Shown: positions 13,100 to 25,605 of the stretch, one piece after another
How the letters are laid out: every line of letters begins with the position of its first letter
Position numbering within the stretch: position 1 is the stretch's first letter
From: Octopus vulgaris
Taxonomy: Eukaryota
Length of the DNA stretch: 64,000 nucleotides
Assembly: GCA_951406725.2 (NCBI GenBank)
Contig: OX597814.1
Location: forward strand, 95,666,001 to 95,730,000
Direction: 5' to 3'
The notes under the pieces: model-generated
The model's database searches: none
Told to the model about the DNA's origin: nothing
The model's input: only the letters and a program-made list of their open reading frames with translations
Program-made: the position numbers and the translations under genes

Positions 13100-13457
13100 T
13101 TTTGTGCATGTTTACTGGACTGTGTCCATGCTGGTGTACCACCTTGAAGAATTTTAGTTGAATGAATCAACCCAATGCCTTTTTTTTTAAAGCTTGGTAC
13201 TCAGTCCCTTCTGTCAAACTACTACATTACAGGAACATAAACACACCAACACTGGTTGACAGGTGGTAGTGGGGGACAAACACACACACACACACGACAT
13301 GCTTCTTTGAGTTTCCATCTACCAAATCCATTCACAGAGTTTTGGCTGACCCCAGGCTGTAATGGAAGTCACTTACCCAAAGTGCCACACAGTGGGACTG
13401 AACCCAGAACAATGTGGTTAGAAAGCAAACTTCCTACTATATAACCACGCCTGTGCC
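13100..13457 (-). mobile_element. tRNA-derived SINE (OR-type)
   Basis: Full head-to-tail match to the family. Confidence 0.8.
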
Positions 13458-13638
13458 TATAAATGACATTTTTTTTTTTCATATCCTCAAGGTAGGCCAA
13501 ATGAGGAAAAATATGACTGATGATCCTTTCTGAGAACTCTGGGACTGGTGGGAATTTATCCTTAAACAAGAAACTTAATCCCAAATGCATGTAATAGAAT
13601 GGACCCTGCTAAAGGCACCCAAAAGCTGGGTGGTGGTA

Positions 13639-13871
13639 TTAATCCTTTAGCAATCAGATTATTCTGTCAAACACAATGCTCATTTATTCACATTATTTTG
13701 AAGTAATCATACATTATCTTGTAGCTTTGAGATTTTAATGATGTGATTGTTTATTTTTAATATGGCATTGTAGGGTAGGTGTGAGAGGCCAGATATGGCC
13801 AGTTTGAGCATAAAACAGGTAGAAAGAACATTTGGGCCGGATATGGCCAGGTTTAAACACTAAAGGGTTAA
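13639..13871 (+). mobile_element. TTAA MITE family A
   Basis: ttaatcctttagcaatcagatt...cactaaagggttaa; other copies at about 20507-20707 and 23375-23605. Confidence 0.8.
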
Positions 13872-13989
13872 AGTAGATCATAGGATTTGTTAATCAACCA
13901 AACCAATGACTAATCTCACTTTCTGCTTCCTTTTTAAGTACAACAAAGTACACTGAAACTGTCAATGTAAATTATAATAAATATATTTA

Positions 13990-14340
13990 TCTTTTACTTA
14001 TTTCAATCATTGGACTGTGGCCATGCTGGGGCGCCACCTTGAAAGATTTAGTTGAATTGATTCCAGTACTTTTTTTTAAGCCTTATATTTATTCTATCAA
14101 TCTCTTTTACAAAACTGCTGAGTAAAAGGGACACAAGTTGCCAAGCAGTGGAGGGGACGGACACACACACATACACATGAAACATTCTTCCTTCAAGTTT
14201 TGTCTACTAAGTCCATCCACAAAGCTTTGGTCAGCCCAAGGCTACATTAAAAGAGTTGCTCAAAATGTCATGTAGTGGAATGAACCCAGGACTATGTGGT
14301 TGGGAAGCAAACATCTTACTCATGCAGTCATGCTTGACCT
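13990..14340 (-). mobile_element. tRNA-derived SINE (OR-type)
   Basis: Full head-to-tail match to the family. Confidence 0.8.
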
Positions 14341-14939
14341 ATGTTGGTAAATACATTTTAAAAGAATACTGAATATTGAAATAATACAAACTATAATTTT
14401 TATGAGAAACTTTACACACATTTAATTGAATTAATTAAAAACATCACTTGACACATTTTAACAGGGCTAATCTGGATTGCTATTTACACAAGTTCTATAA
14501 CCCATATTAACCTACACAAGCTAACTTACATTTGCTAGCTGTCAAATTCAGAGATCTAAGATAAACTACTTGATAATCTGATGATATTTAAGAAATTCAT
14601 ACCATTCCACTCTTGATTCTATGATACAAACTTCCTCTTTTAAAGTGATCTAAACAAAAATCTTCCATCAAAATTTCATGTTAATTTCTGCTTCAAACAC
14701 CAGCTTAACATTGGCAAAGTTGTTTTACTAAGTTCTTTGTCATTTTTATAATTAACTGAAACAAACGCAGTGTATTTCAATAGAAATATAAAAACAAAAG
14801 AGTTAATGGTAACAAACTTTCTATATTTGAATGGAGATCTGCAAATTCATCATATAGATGTCAGATTATCCCCAAATCAACACAAAATCCACTGGAATAT
14901 TATATCTTTCATATACTGTCTACTAATACAATATCTTTT

Positions 14940-15307
14940 ATCTTTTACTTCTGGCCATGCCGGAACACCACTAGAAGGGTTTAATCGAACAGATTGACCC
15001 CAGTCCTTTTTTTTTTTTAAAGTCGGGTATTTGTCCTATTGGTCACTTTTGCCAAACTACTTAGTGACTACTTGGTCACTTTTGCCAAACTACTTAAGAA
15101 TGTAAACAAACCATCATCACTGATTGTCAAGTGGTTGTGGGGAACACACACAAACAGGCTTCTAGAATTTTTATCTCCCAAATCCACTCGGAGGGTTTTG
15201 GTCAGCCTCAGGCTATAGTAGAAGATTCCCAAGTTGCCATCGAATAGTATTGAACCTGAATAATGTGGTTAGGAAGCAAACTTCTTACCACACAACCATG
15301 CCTGCAC
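14940..15307 (-). mobile_element. tRNA-derived SINE (OR-type)
   Basis: Family match; internal 25-bp duplication at 15039-15096. Confidence 0.8.
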
Positions 15308-15489
15308 CTCTGGACTATTTAGATTATACATTTTATAACATTTTCTTTCTTCTTTCAGATTTCAAATTATCAAGAAGAAATACTAAGCCACTCTGTCTAC
15401 AATTATACATTTATTTTTGGCTAATGACAGTACTTTAGAAACCTATTTTAGAAATTTAATCAATAATTCATTGAAAATTAGCTTAATTT

Positions 15490-15825
15490 AGGCACAGATG
15501 TAGCTGTATGGTAAGAAGTTTCCTTCCCAATTACATGGTTCCAGGTTCAAAACCAAAGTGTGGCACCTTAGGCAAATGTCTTCTACTATAGCCTCAAGCC
15601 AACCAAAGCCTTGTGAGTGGATTTTGCACATGAAAACGGAAAGAAGGCCATCAAATGCACCATTCAAGTGTGGCCGATGCCAGTGCTGCCTGACTGGCAC
15701 TTGCTTAAGGAAGGGCATCCAGCTGTAGAAACCATGCCAAATCAGATTGGGACCTGGTGCAGCCTCCTGGCTTGCCAGTTCTCAGTCACACCATCCAACC
15801 CATACCAGCATGGAAAGTGGCATAC
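15490..15825 (+). mobile_element. SINE head joined to an RTE-type 3' tail
   Basis: OR-type head to about 15650, then gaagggcatccagctgtagaaacc...agcatggaaagtgg. Confidence 0.75.
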
Positions 15826-15971
15826 AAAATTCTCAAAGACTGACTCATAATATAGATCCTTGTAGTTACTGAGATGTATTTCCCTTGTGAAATGGGATTA
15901 TTTTAATTATTTTGGAAAGAAAGGAGAGTGTGAGTAGGCAAGGCTATAGTTTGATTTTCATTTTCTTCTAG

Positions 15972-16312
15972 TTTTACTTGCTTCTATCTCTGGACTGCAG
16001 CCATGCTAAAGACATTGTCTTGAAGGATTTAGTAAAATAAATCATCCCTAGTACTTATTAGTTTTCGTTTAAGTCTGGTACTTATTCTTAGGCCGAACTG
16101 CTAAATTACTGGGATATAAAAGAAATCAAGTTGCAGTAGGGGAAAAAAATAAACACAGACACACATATATACATGATGGGCTTCCTCACAGTTTCTCTCT
16201 GCCAAATTCACTCACAAAGCATTGGTTGGCCTGGATCTAAAGTGAAGATACCCAAGGTGCAATGCAGTGGGACTGAACTTGAAACCACAGGGCTATAAGC
16301 AAACTTCTTAAT
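15972..16312 (-). mobile_element. tRNA-derived SINE (OR-type)
   Basis: Family match. Confidence 0.75.
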
Positions 16313-16517
16313 CTTGTTAAAGATGACAAACCAAAAATAATGTATTTGAGGCTAGTTGTTGATGTTTGACAACAGGGACATAATCAAATGTAAGCTCTTT
16401 TTAGGGATATCATTGGGGCCTTCTGAAAAAGTCCAGACAATTGCCTGAAAAAAAAGCAAGACACTAACAAAATTGATATCATTATCACTGACAAAACTGA
16501 ATTATATATAAAAACAC

Positions 16518-16885
16518 TAGGCATGGCTGTGTGATGATAAGCTTGCTTCCCAACCACATGGTTCCAGGTTCAGTCTCACTACATGGCATCTAGAGCAAGT
16601 GTCTACTACTAGAGCCTCAAGCCAAACAAAGTCTTGTGAGTGGATTTGGTAGAAGGAAACTGAAAGAAGTCTATTGTATGTGTGTGTGTGTGTGTATGTG
16701 TCTGTATTTGTACCCCATCACTGCTTGACAACTGGTGCTGGTTTGTTTATGTCCCCATAACTTAGCGGTTCAGAGAAAGAGACCAATAGAACAAGTACCA
16801 GGCTTTAAAAAAACAGTATTGGAGTCGATTCATTTGACTAAAAGTTGCAGTCTAATGACTGAAACAGATAAAAATAGATAAAAGA
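16518..16885 (+). mobile_element. tRNA-derived SINE (OR-type)
   Basis: ggcatggctgtgtgatgataagcttgcttcccaaccacatggttccaggttcagtc...gactgaaacag. Confidence 0.85.
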
Positions 16886-16933
16886 GTATTGTGACATGCT
16901 ATACCAAGTTAATAACATTACCAATGAAACTAT

Positions 16934-17405
16934 CTTTTACTTGTTTCAGTCACTGAACTGTGAATATCCTGAGGCACCACCTTGAAGGGTTTAGTTGAAC
17001 AAATCAATCCCAGAACTTGATTTCTTAAGTCTGGAACGTATTCTGTTGGTCACCTTTGCCAAACCGTAAACAAACAAGAATGTAAACAAACCAAAACCAG
17101 TTATCAAGAAAAGGAGGAGACAAACACACACATACAAGCTCACACTGGAGCTCAACATGGCCTTGTGGCTCACCAGATCCAGTCAAACCATCTGACCCTT
17201 GCCAATATGGAAAGAAGAAGTTAAATGATGATGATGAAATATATACACACACAAGGAGTGTCTGTACCCGTCTACTAAAGTTACTCACAAGATACTGGTT
17301 GGCCCAGGGTTGTAAAAGAAACTTGCCCGAGATGCTGCACAGTAGGCAAAAACCCAAAACCACAGGTTGCAAAGCAAGCTTTTTAACCAGACAGCCATGT
17401 TTGCA
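16934..17405 (-). mobile_element. tRNA-derived SINE (OR-type) with an RTE-tail insertion at about 17145-17237
   Basis: Family match interrupted in the CA tract. Confidence 0.75.
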
Positions 17406-18444
17406 TCTACTCAAAAAAAAATTATTTTTTTCAGTTTTATGATTTGGCTGACATATTCAGAATCTTTTGACATCAAACTTATAAGTACATGCAGAATGTT
17501 GTTGATGGAATAAAGTTTATTTATATGTGTAAAGTGCTTTGAACCTTTTGTTACCATATTTCTGTTGAACTACACTGCATTTGTTTCAATTAATTTTGAA
17601 AATAATTAAGAATTTGGTAAAATATCTTAAGTCATTACTAAGCTGATAATTCGAACATAAATTAACAAGGAATTCTAATGGGAAATTTCAACTTAGATCA
17701 CTTTATATAGAAAGTTTGTATCATAGAAGCAGTCTTGGGCAGGTTGGTATCAAAAGAGTTTAAAAAACATAACATAAATGGCGGTGCCCCAGCATGGCCA
17801 CAGCTCGTGAGCTGAAACTAGAATCAATCAATCAATCAATACCAATTTTTGCAAGAAAACTGGCTTAATTACAAAATCTAAATAGTTAACAATATTGAAC
17901 TTCCACACCAATACTTAGAAGTGTGCCACCAAACTGGTGAGAAAATTTATTTGGTAAAGCAGGCCATTATCAGAAATATTATATGCTTAAGGAAATCATC
18001 TCAAACCTAATCCAGTCTAGGTTTAGATTACATATCCTAGGATAAGGTCAATTTTCATATTCAGATTCAGAACTACCAAACAAACTGCTCTTCTATTATC
18101 AAATCTTATGTGGATCTTGATTACTAATCAAAGATGAGCAACTAAACATAATTTAGAAATTCCTTTTCGATAGAAAATGCTGCTAACAAAAGCTAATAAG
18201 TTGAAAGGTCAATAACAATGTTTATTTAACCAAAACAAGTTTACCTATGGGATTTTGTGGTCATTTGATTATATAATTATATAAAAAGAAAGAAAAAGGA
18301 AAACAGTAGCTAACCAACACAATCAATCATTTAATTCTCTTGTTTTGCGATATCAGAAATTTTATAGGAATACATGAAGATAAGACTGATTAGTCCCCAA
18401 ACTAAGTGATATTGTAGAAGATATATTTATCTTTTCTTTTAATC

Positions 18445-18855
18445 TTTTACTTGTTTCAGTCATTGGACTGTGGCTATGCTGGGGCACCTCCTTGAAGGGT
18501 TTAGTCAAACAAATTGACCCCAGTAGTTATTTTCCCTTTTTTAAGTGGTACTTATTCTATTGGTCTCTTTTGCCAAGCCACTTTACAAGTGATGTAAACA
18601 AACCAACACTGGCTGTCAAGTGGTAGGTGGGAGCCAAACACAAACACAAGTAAATGTATGTATGTGTTTATATATATATATGTTTATTTATTTTCACACA
18701 TACATGTCTTTTTCTCAGTTTCTGTCTACCAAATCCACCCACAAGGTTTTCATCAGTCTAAGGTTACAGTAAAAGACACTTGCCCAATGTGCCAGACACT
18801 GGGACAGAACCCAAAACCATGTGGTTGGAAAGTAAACTTCTTACCATACAGCCTA
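18445..18855 (-). mobile_element. tRNA-derived SINE (OR-type)
   Basis: Family match. Confidence 0.8.
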
Positions 18856-19584
18856 TAAGGAGAAAGGAATGTGATAATAAATTCATCCAACTATAATCAG
18901 GAGACACAATGATCCCAAAAACATAGAAGTGGCAAAAACTTATTCTAAATAAATGACCAAACTGCAACAATTTTGTCACAACTATCTTTCTTTTGAACAT
19001 AAAGTCTACTAAGTTGCAATATTTCATTATAGAACTAGTATTACAGGATTGTTTATACAAGGCTAGATTCAATCAATTATTGAGTTCTATATTATTTGCA
19101 ATGCAGTAGTGAAGTAACAGAAATGTAGTTTGATATTTGTAGCTAACATCAAAAATATTTATTTTCTTAGAAAAATCATTACATCATTCTCACATGTATA
19201 AAGAAAAATTTAAGGTGATTCATATTAGTGTGAAAAGATAATACAATACTTCACAATGAGCTTTATATTTTTCTACTCCATTGCTGAATAAAAATGTTTT
19301 TGGTTTGTATCTCGAGGTTTTTATGCTAGCATAATATCTCCATAAATTGTTAGTGTTCATACATCACTAGATGCCCTTCTTTACAAGAATCATTCAACTG
19401 TGAAGTAAGACAGAGATTCATTTTCAAAGATTGACCTAATGCAAAATTATGTTGTTCTCGATAAACACAATAGAACAGGATTGAAACTCATGCATTTCAT
19501 GTCAATAATCCAATATATTAACCCCTCAACTACTATTGACCACATTCAGAAACTGAAATTTGCAAGCTAACTAGAGAATCTCAA

Positions 19585-19765
19585 CCTTGTTACTCAACTA
19601 GCTAAAATCAGCAGCTAAAACTTCATACAGCACCCAACCAGCTTAAAAAAGGCAGGCCGTTTTGAATAATGTCATTAAGAGGAAAGATGGGAACAGCCAT
19701 GGCCCAAATGCCTTTGATCAAAGGTGCACTCATTCAGAGCTAATTTGGGGCTAACCAACAACTAA
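19585..19765 (+). repeat. Dispersed unclassified repeat family
   Basis: ctagctaaaatcagcagc...gatggga...atgcctttgatc...ggggctaa; related copies at about 26415-26610(+), 36260-36430(-) and 53480-53640(-). Confidence 0.55.
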
Positions 19766-20039
19766 ATGAAAATTTCTCTCTACAATCATTATTAACAAAG
19801 GAAGCAGATTTCAAAACCAGGACTTTTAACTTATCAATAGTCATAGAAATCAGATAGTTAAGATGAAATAGGAATTCAATAACTCTATACTAAGACCAAA
19901 TAAATGCTTTTCTACAGTGCTGCCCACACATCTTGCATGATACATCCCTCAAACAAACATATATTTGGGATTGTATATACAATAAATCATCAACCAGATA
20001 TTCACACAAGTCTTCATTCATCCAACTAGCATTGTGTAG

Positions 20040-20460
20040 TTGAAGACGAGAGCCTCACAATTCATCTCTGCTCTTCTGAAAACTACCGTAAACATATCCA
20101 CTTGATGTACTCATCTTCCTTCTTCCCATAAAATCCACAACAGAATAATACTCCATCTGGAATAATCCTGCTGCTACAGACACAAAAATCCTAAACCACA
20201 TCCAAAAAGAGGCCATTCAAATGATTGTCAAAGACATACTACAACCCCTTAGCCCACAGATGTGCTGTCTCTTGAAAGTCGTTTCTTCAATAACACCAAC
20301 ATTCACGCTCCTCCTCCCCTTCCCATTATACCTAATCCTTTCTTCCTAGAATGTCAACACTTTGGAATTCCCTTCCTACCAATGTTTCCCACCCCCACCC
20401 CCATCTCTGCAGATATCAACTTACAGGTGTTCAAAACAAACATCAACCATATCAATCATA
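20040..20460 (+). mobile_element. Old CR1/L2/Jockey-group LINE 3' fragment
   Basis: IW...LNHIQKEAIQMI...LQPLAHRCAVS...NLQVFKTNINHI remnants typical of LINE ORF2 C-termini. Confidence 0.5.
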
Positions 20461-21634
20461 TTAGAGGGCCTATGAAGCCACAAACATTGCCCCTTCTTAA
20501 TGACTGAACCCTTTAGTGTTCAAATTACTCAGACAAATGTAAAGCTTATTTATTCACATTATTTGGAATTAATCATACATCATCTCACAGATTCGAGATT
20601 TTGATGATGTTATTGTCTATATTTAGAATGACATTGTAGGTATGAGAGGTTAGATCTGGCCAGTTTGGATGTAAAACAGGAGGCTGGTTTAAATGCTAAG
20701 TAGTTAACCATATAAAATAATAAAAGATGCTACACAAAAGACATTATTCAATTCTTCAGAACTATAACACTGATACTTTACACAATTTTTTCCCAACCAT
20801 TAATGTCTCAATCAACACTAAATTCAATTCTTATAAAACAATTAAGCCAATCTATCAGCCCACAATTACTTTTTTTTTAACAGATTAATTTTTTTCAAGA
20901 TTTTAAACCATACTTTATATATACACACACAGACACGTACTCATTTATAATGCACACTACACTAATAAATGTGAACAATGAAGTCCCTGAAAAATTATTT
21001 ACAATACGCACTAACTTCTCTTTAGTTTTATGATGCATGTAAACCAAAGAGTTTAGTCAGATTTATTATAATTGCTGTCAAGAATATATTGGAGAAAGGT
21101 TACAAATCGTAAACAGCAAAACCAATTTTGAAGGTGATCTTTGCATTTTACTGGTATCAGCTATAAAAGGTGTCCAGAAGTGCTTTGATAGTACAACTGG
21201 CAAATACAAGCTCCAAGGAATTGTTGCTGTCAACCTTTCATTGTCAAAAAATGTAAAAATTTTCATTATATGACTGTGAATATAAAATACTTCTGCTCTA
21301 TGCAATATTTTCCTGACCGAAATACCATTTTAATTCTTTAATATGATGATTAAATTAATAAATATTCAGTAAGGATATTACATAGTTATTACAGAAAAAT
21401 GAATATGTACCAATATTCTATAAATACTGTAATTATTCAATGTGAAAAGGAACAGAAATATTAATATTTTCCATAATAAAAGTCAATAATGTAAAGTATT
21501 TATATTCTGGCTAACACCTAAAATCATTCCATACTAAAAGTTGATAGCAGTAATTCCCTGGAATTCATGTTGGCCAAGTTATACCAATTTCTACATCATA
21601 TCAACTGGTACATACACATAAATATCAATATATA

Positions 21635-21930
21635 TAGTTCAAATTTGCAAAAAAAAAAACAAAAAAAAAACAGAAGACAAAGACAGGTGTAGGAACAACA
21701 AGCAGATGTATTAGTTTAACACTCAGGAAAAATGATAAAGTCTTTTACATTTTGAGCCTACGCTCTTTGACAGAAAGGAATAAGAGAAAAAAATGGAGAG
21801 AGAAAAACTGTGTAGAGTTCAGCAGTCTAACATGGCAAAATGACTGGAGGGGGAGTGTGAATGTTGGTGTTACTAAGGAACCTACTTTTAAAAGAGACAG
21901 CACATCTGTGGATTAATGGTGTCGTAGTGT
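21635..21930 (-). mobile_element. Penelope-like terminal repeat, decayed hammerhead core
   Basis: Minus strand cttt-ctgtcaa-aGAGCgtagGCTC-aaaa-tgta-aaag; same flanking architecture as 58140 and 60060. Confidence 0.5.
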
Positions 21931-21974
21931 GTCTTTGACAATCATATACACATATATACCTACTTATATATATA

Positions 21975-22008
<34 letters not shown>

Positions 22009-22084
22009 CCTACATACATACATAGTTACATATATATACATATATACATACATATACGTACATATTCATATATACATATTCTTT

Positions 22085-22592
22085 TATTCTTTTACACGTT
22101 CCAGTCATTTGACTGTGGCCATGCTGGAACACCACCTTTAGTAAAACAAATCAACCCCAGGACTTACTCTTTGTAAGCCTAACGCTTATTCTATCAGTCT
22201 CTTTCGCTGAATCGCTAAGTTTCGAAGACATAAACACACCAACATCGGTTGTCAAGTGATGGTGGGGGGACAAACACAGACACAAACACATACAAATATA
22301 TAAACATGTATATACAAGGCTTTGGTCAGCCTGAGGATATACTAGAAGACACTTGCCCAAGGTGCCGCGCAGTGAGACTGAACCCAGAACCATGTGGTTG
22401 GGAAGCAAGCTTCATACCACACAACCACTCCTGCCTATATATATATAGTTTCCATCCTACCAAATCCACTGAAGACATTGATCAGCACAGAGCTATAATA
22501 GAAGATATTTATATAAAGTACTACCCAACAGGACTGAACCCAAAAGTACATGGTTGCAAAACAAGCTTCTTAACTAGATAGCCACGCCTGCA
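22085..22592 (-). mobile_element. OR-type SINE plus an adjacent partial second head
   Basis: Family match at 22085-22436; second head fragment at 22448-22592. Confidence 0.8.
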
Positions 22593-22899
22593 CTTATTAT
22601 ATATCCGATAATATACTGACTGGTTAGTCACAGATGGAACAACTTTGTGTTATTTCGTATTCTTGCAGGTTATTGAAACAAAATTTTAAGAATTATTCAT
22701 TCTTGAAGTAACACATACACACACAAACCAAGTACATTTCGTTCTTCGGCTAATTGCATTTCCATTAAACATTTTACTTTTGAATTGTGTTGATGTGTTA
22801 GTAAAATTGCAAGTAACATTTGATCGATGTCCTTGTGAACAGAAAAGTGGACAACATTTAGTTTTTGTGCATAAAGTGTACTCCTAATGTTTAGATTTA

Positions 22900-23205
22900 T
22901 GAAGGTGCATGGCTCAGTAGTTAGAGTGTAGGACACAAAATCATGAGGTAGTGAGTTCGATTCCCAGACCAAACAATGTGTTGTGTTCTTGAGCAAGACA
23001 CTATTTCATGTTGCTCCAGTTCACTCATCTGTAGAAATGAGTTTTGACATTACTGGTGCCAAGCTGTATCGGTCTTTGCTTTTCCCTTGGATAACATCAG
23101 TGGCATGGAGAGGGGAGGCTGGTATGCATGGGCAACTGCTGGTCTTGTGCCTCAGACAATAACTTTCTAGGTGCAATCCCTTGGCATTCATGACCGAAGC
23201 GGGTA
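22900..23205 (+). mobile_element. Second tRNA-derived SINE family
   Basis: A-box tggctcagtagttag and B-box gagttcgattccc; sibling of 24460-24792. Confidence 0.85.
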
Positions 23206-24459
23206 TTTTAATATTTAGATTTAAAAGTTTTAATAAGGTGTGTATTACACAAACACATCAATAATGAGTGTTGTCACAAAATTATAAATAACACTTATTT
23301 TTTCATGTTTTTTTTTTTTTTTAAAGTGGTCTATATTTTATAGGGGAAAGCATCAATAGGCTGTATACAAAGGTTTAACCCTTTAACATTCAGATTATTC
23401 TGTTAAATGTAATGCTTATTTATTTACATTCTTTTGAAATGATTATGCATTATTTTGCAGTTTTGAGATTTTGATGATGTGATTGCGTGTTTTTAGAATG
23501 ACATTGTAGGATAGGTGTAAGAGACCAGATTTGGCCAGTTTGAGCAATAAACAAGTAGAATATTTTGGCCGGATATGGCTAGCTTAAATGCTAAAAGGAT
23601 ATTAATCTAACAGTTATCTCCATCATCTCTGTAAAATACTTTAACAAGTTGAAATTAAATTCTCTTCTCTTTAAACAAATCAATAAGAAAGTAAACTGCA
23701 CATGCAAATTCCATTAGTAAAGATTTATTTTACAAATATTTATGAAAAATTATATCAGGCAAATAACATAAGAAATTGACATTAGCCTTTTATACGTCAT
23801 TGTAAAACTGTATCAAATAACATTGTACCAACAAAAATTGTGTTATATTAAAGACCATTTTATTTTTCTTATTCTATCTATGAAGATCCTTCTAAATCAA
23901 AAGAATGGGATAGCAATGGGAGCTAGACTGATTGATACTTTGGAGATTTAATGAATTCAAAAAGAAAAGAAGAAATTCAAGTAAAAACACAAAAAAGAAG
24001 TCCCCTATGAGTTGGGTGCCCAGAACAAATAGTTGAGGGTTGGAGTGAAAGCTATGTAGTTTGTTATTAAAAGAAATTGTAATTATTAGCAATAGAAGCA
24101 GTATAAATACCAAAGGGTAATATTTATCCCCACATAAAAGTGGAAGCTGTGTTAGAACATAGAGTGCTGAGATAGTTACATGTGAGAAAATCTCATATGG
24201 GCTCTTGTTGCATATAAGCACTTGCTTACATCAGTAGCAGAGATAAGTCATCAGCCATCGCAACTGCCAAGACTACCAGATCATGTGATTTTGTCCTTCC
24301 CTGAGTTTATCAATGGTAGATGATCAGACACTGGAAATAGCAATGATATCCTAACTAGCAATATACATAAAATTACTGTATTTCATCAGGTGAACAACAG
24401 AAGCAGTAATAATACCAAAGGGTAATATTTATCCCCACTTAAAAGTGGATGTTGTGATT

Positions 24460-24792
24460 GAAGGCACATGGCTCAGTTGTTGGAGTACCAGGCTCACGAT
24501 CATGAAGTAGTGAGTTCAATTCCTGGACCAAACAGTGTGTTGTGTTCTTGAGCAAGGCACTTTATTTTATGTTGATCCAGTTCACTCAGCTGTAGAAATG
24601 AGTTATGACATCGCTGGTGCCATGCTGTATCGGCCTTTGCTTTTCTCTTGGGTAACATCAGTAGCATGGAGAGGGGACCCTGGTATGATGGGTGACTGCT
24701 AGTCTTCCATAAAAAAACCTTGCTTAGACTTGTGCCTTGAAAGGTAACTTTCTAGGTGCAATACCATGGTCATTCATAACCAAAGGGGGTCT
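24460..24792 (+). mobile_element. Second tRNA-derived SINE family, flanked by ttgtg repeats
   Basis: Collinear with 22900-23205; ttgtg at 24452-24456 and 24793-24797. Confidence 0.85.
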
Positions 24793-25375
24793 TTGTGTTA
24801 GAACACTGAGAACTGTGATAGTTACCATGAGAGAAACTCTCATATTGGCTCTTAATGTATTATAAGCATTCTTGTTTACATAACTAGAAAGAAATTGTAC
24901 TTTTGTCTTTGCTTCTTTTACATATGAATGATGAAGACAAATAATGTTACTCCATTATATGCAAATGTGAATGATTCACAAAGGTCTGACACTAAACATT
25001 GGTCAACAAGAAAGATGAAACTAGACAGATCAAAAGACAAGTCACCTCCTTGAGCATACTTCAGACACCCATGTAAGATGGTTAAAGACTGACACTCATA
25101 GGAGAACTGTTGTATTATTTATTTAAAAACATTCAATGAAAATTTCCATAGATATATAAAGAATATCTGGATACACTTTTTCCTAGCACTGTAGACAATA
25201 AAAGTTGTCTAGGTTTGAGCAGCTTCTATTAACTCATGCTTCATCAGCTCATATTGAATATACATAACCATATACATACTCCATAACATGCAGCAATAAG
25301 AAATGCTGCCCGAAATATTAAAGCACATCAGCACTAGAGCCACTGATTCACCAGTATTACCGTCAATGTGATAGT

Positions 25376-25605
25376 TTAACCATTTTGTTACCATATTTCT
25401 GTTGAGATGCTCTGTATTTCTTTCAATTAATTTTAAATATAACAAAGAATTTAGTAAAATAACTTAGTTATCATTAAGCTAGTGTTAGGAACATAAATTA
25501 TGACTAAGGTTTGGTAGAAGATTTCAATTCAGAATTTTTGAAAATAAGACATTTGTACTAAAAAGCCAGAGGTAGTTTCAGCCAGGTTGATATCAAAAGG
25601 GTTAA
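25376..25605 (+). mobile_element. TTAA MITE family B
   Basis: ttaaccattttgttaccatatttctgttg...atcaaaagggttaa; other copies at about 14605-14805(-), 17542-17762 and 31155-31360. Confidence 0.8.

Noticed and set aside
21078-21305. ~63-75 codon open frames on both strands
   Set aside because: No recognisable protein, start context or splice signals.
22900-22975. tRNA-like A/B boxes
   Set aside because: SINE head continuing into a repeat body; no intact cloverleaf.
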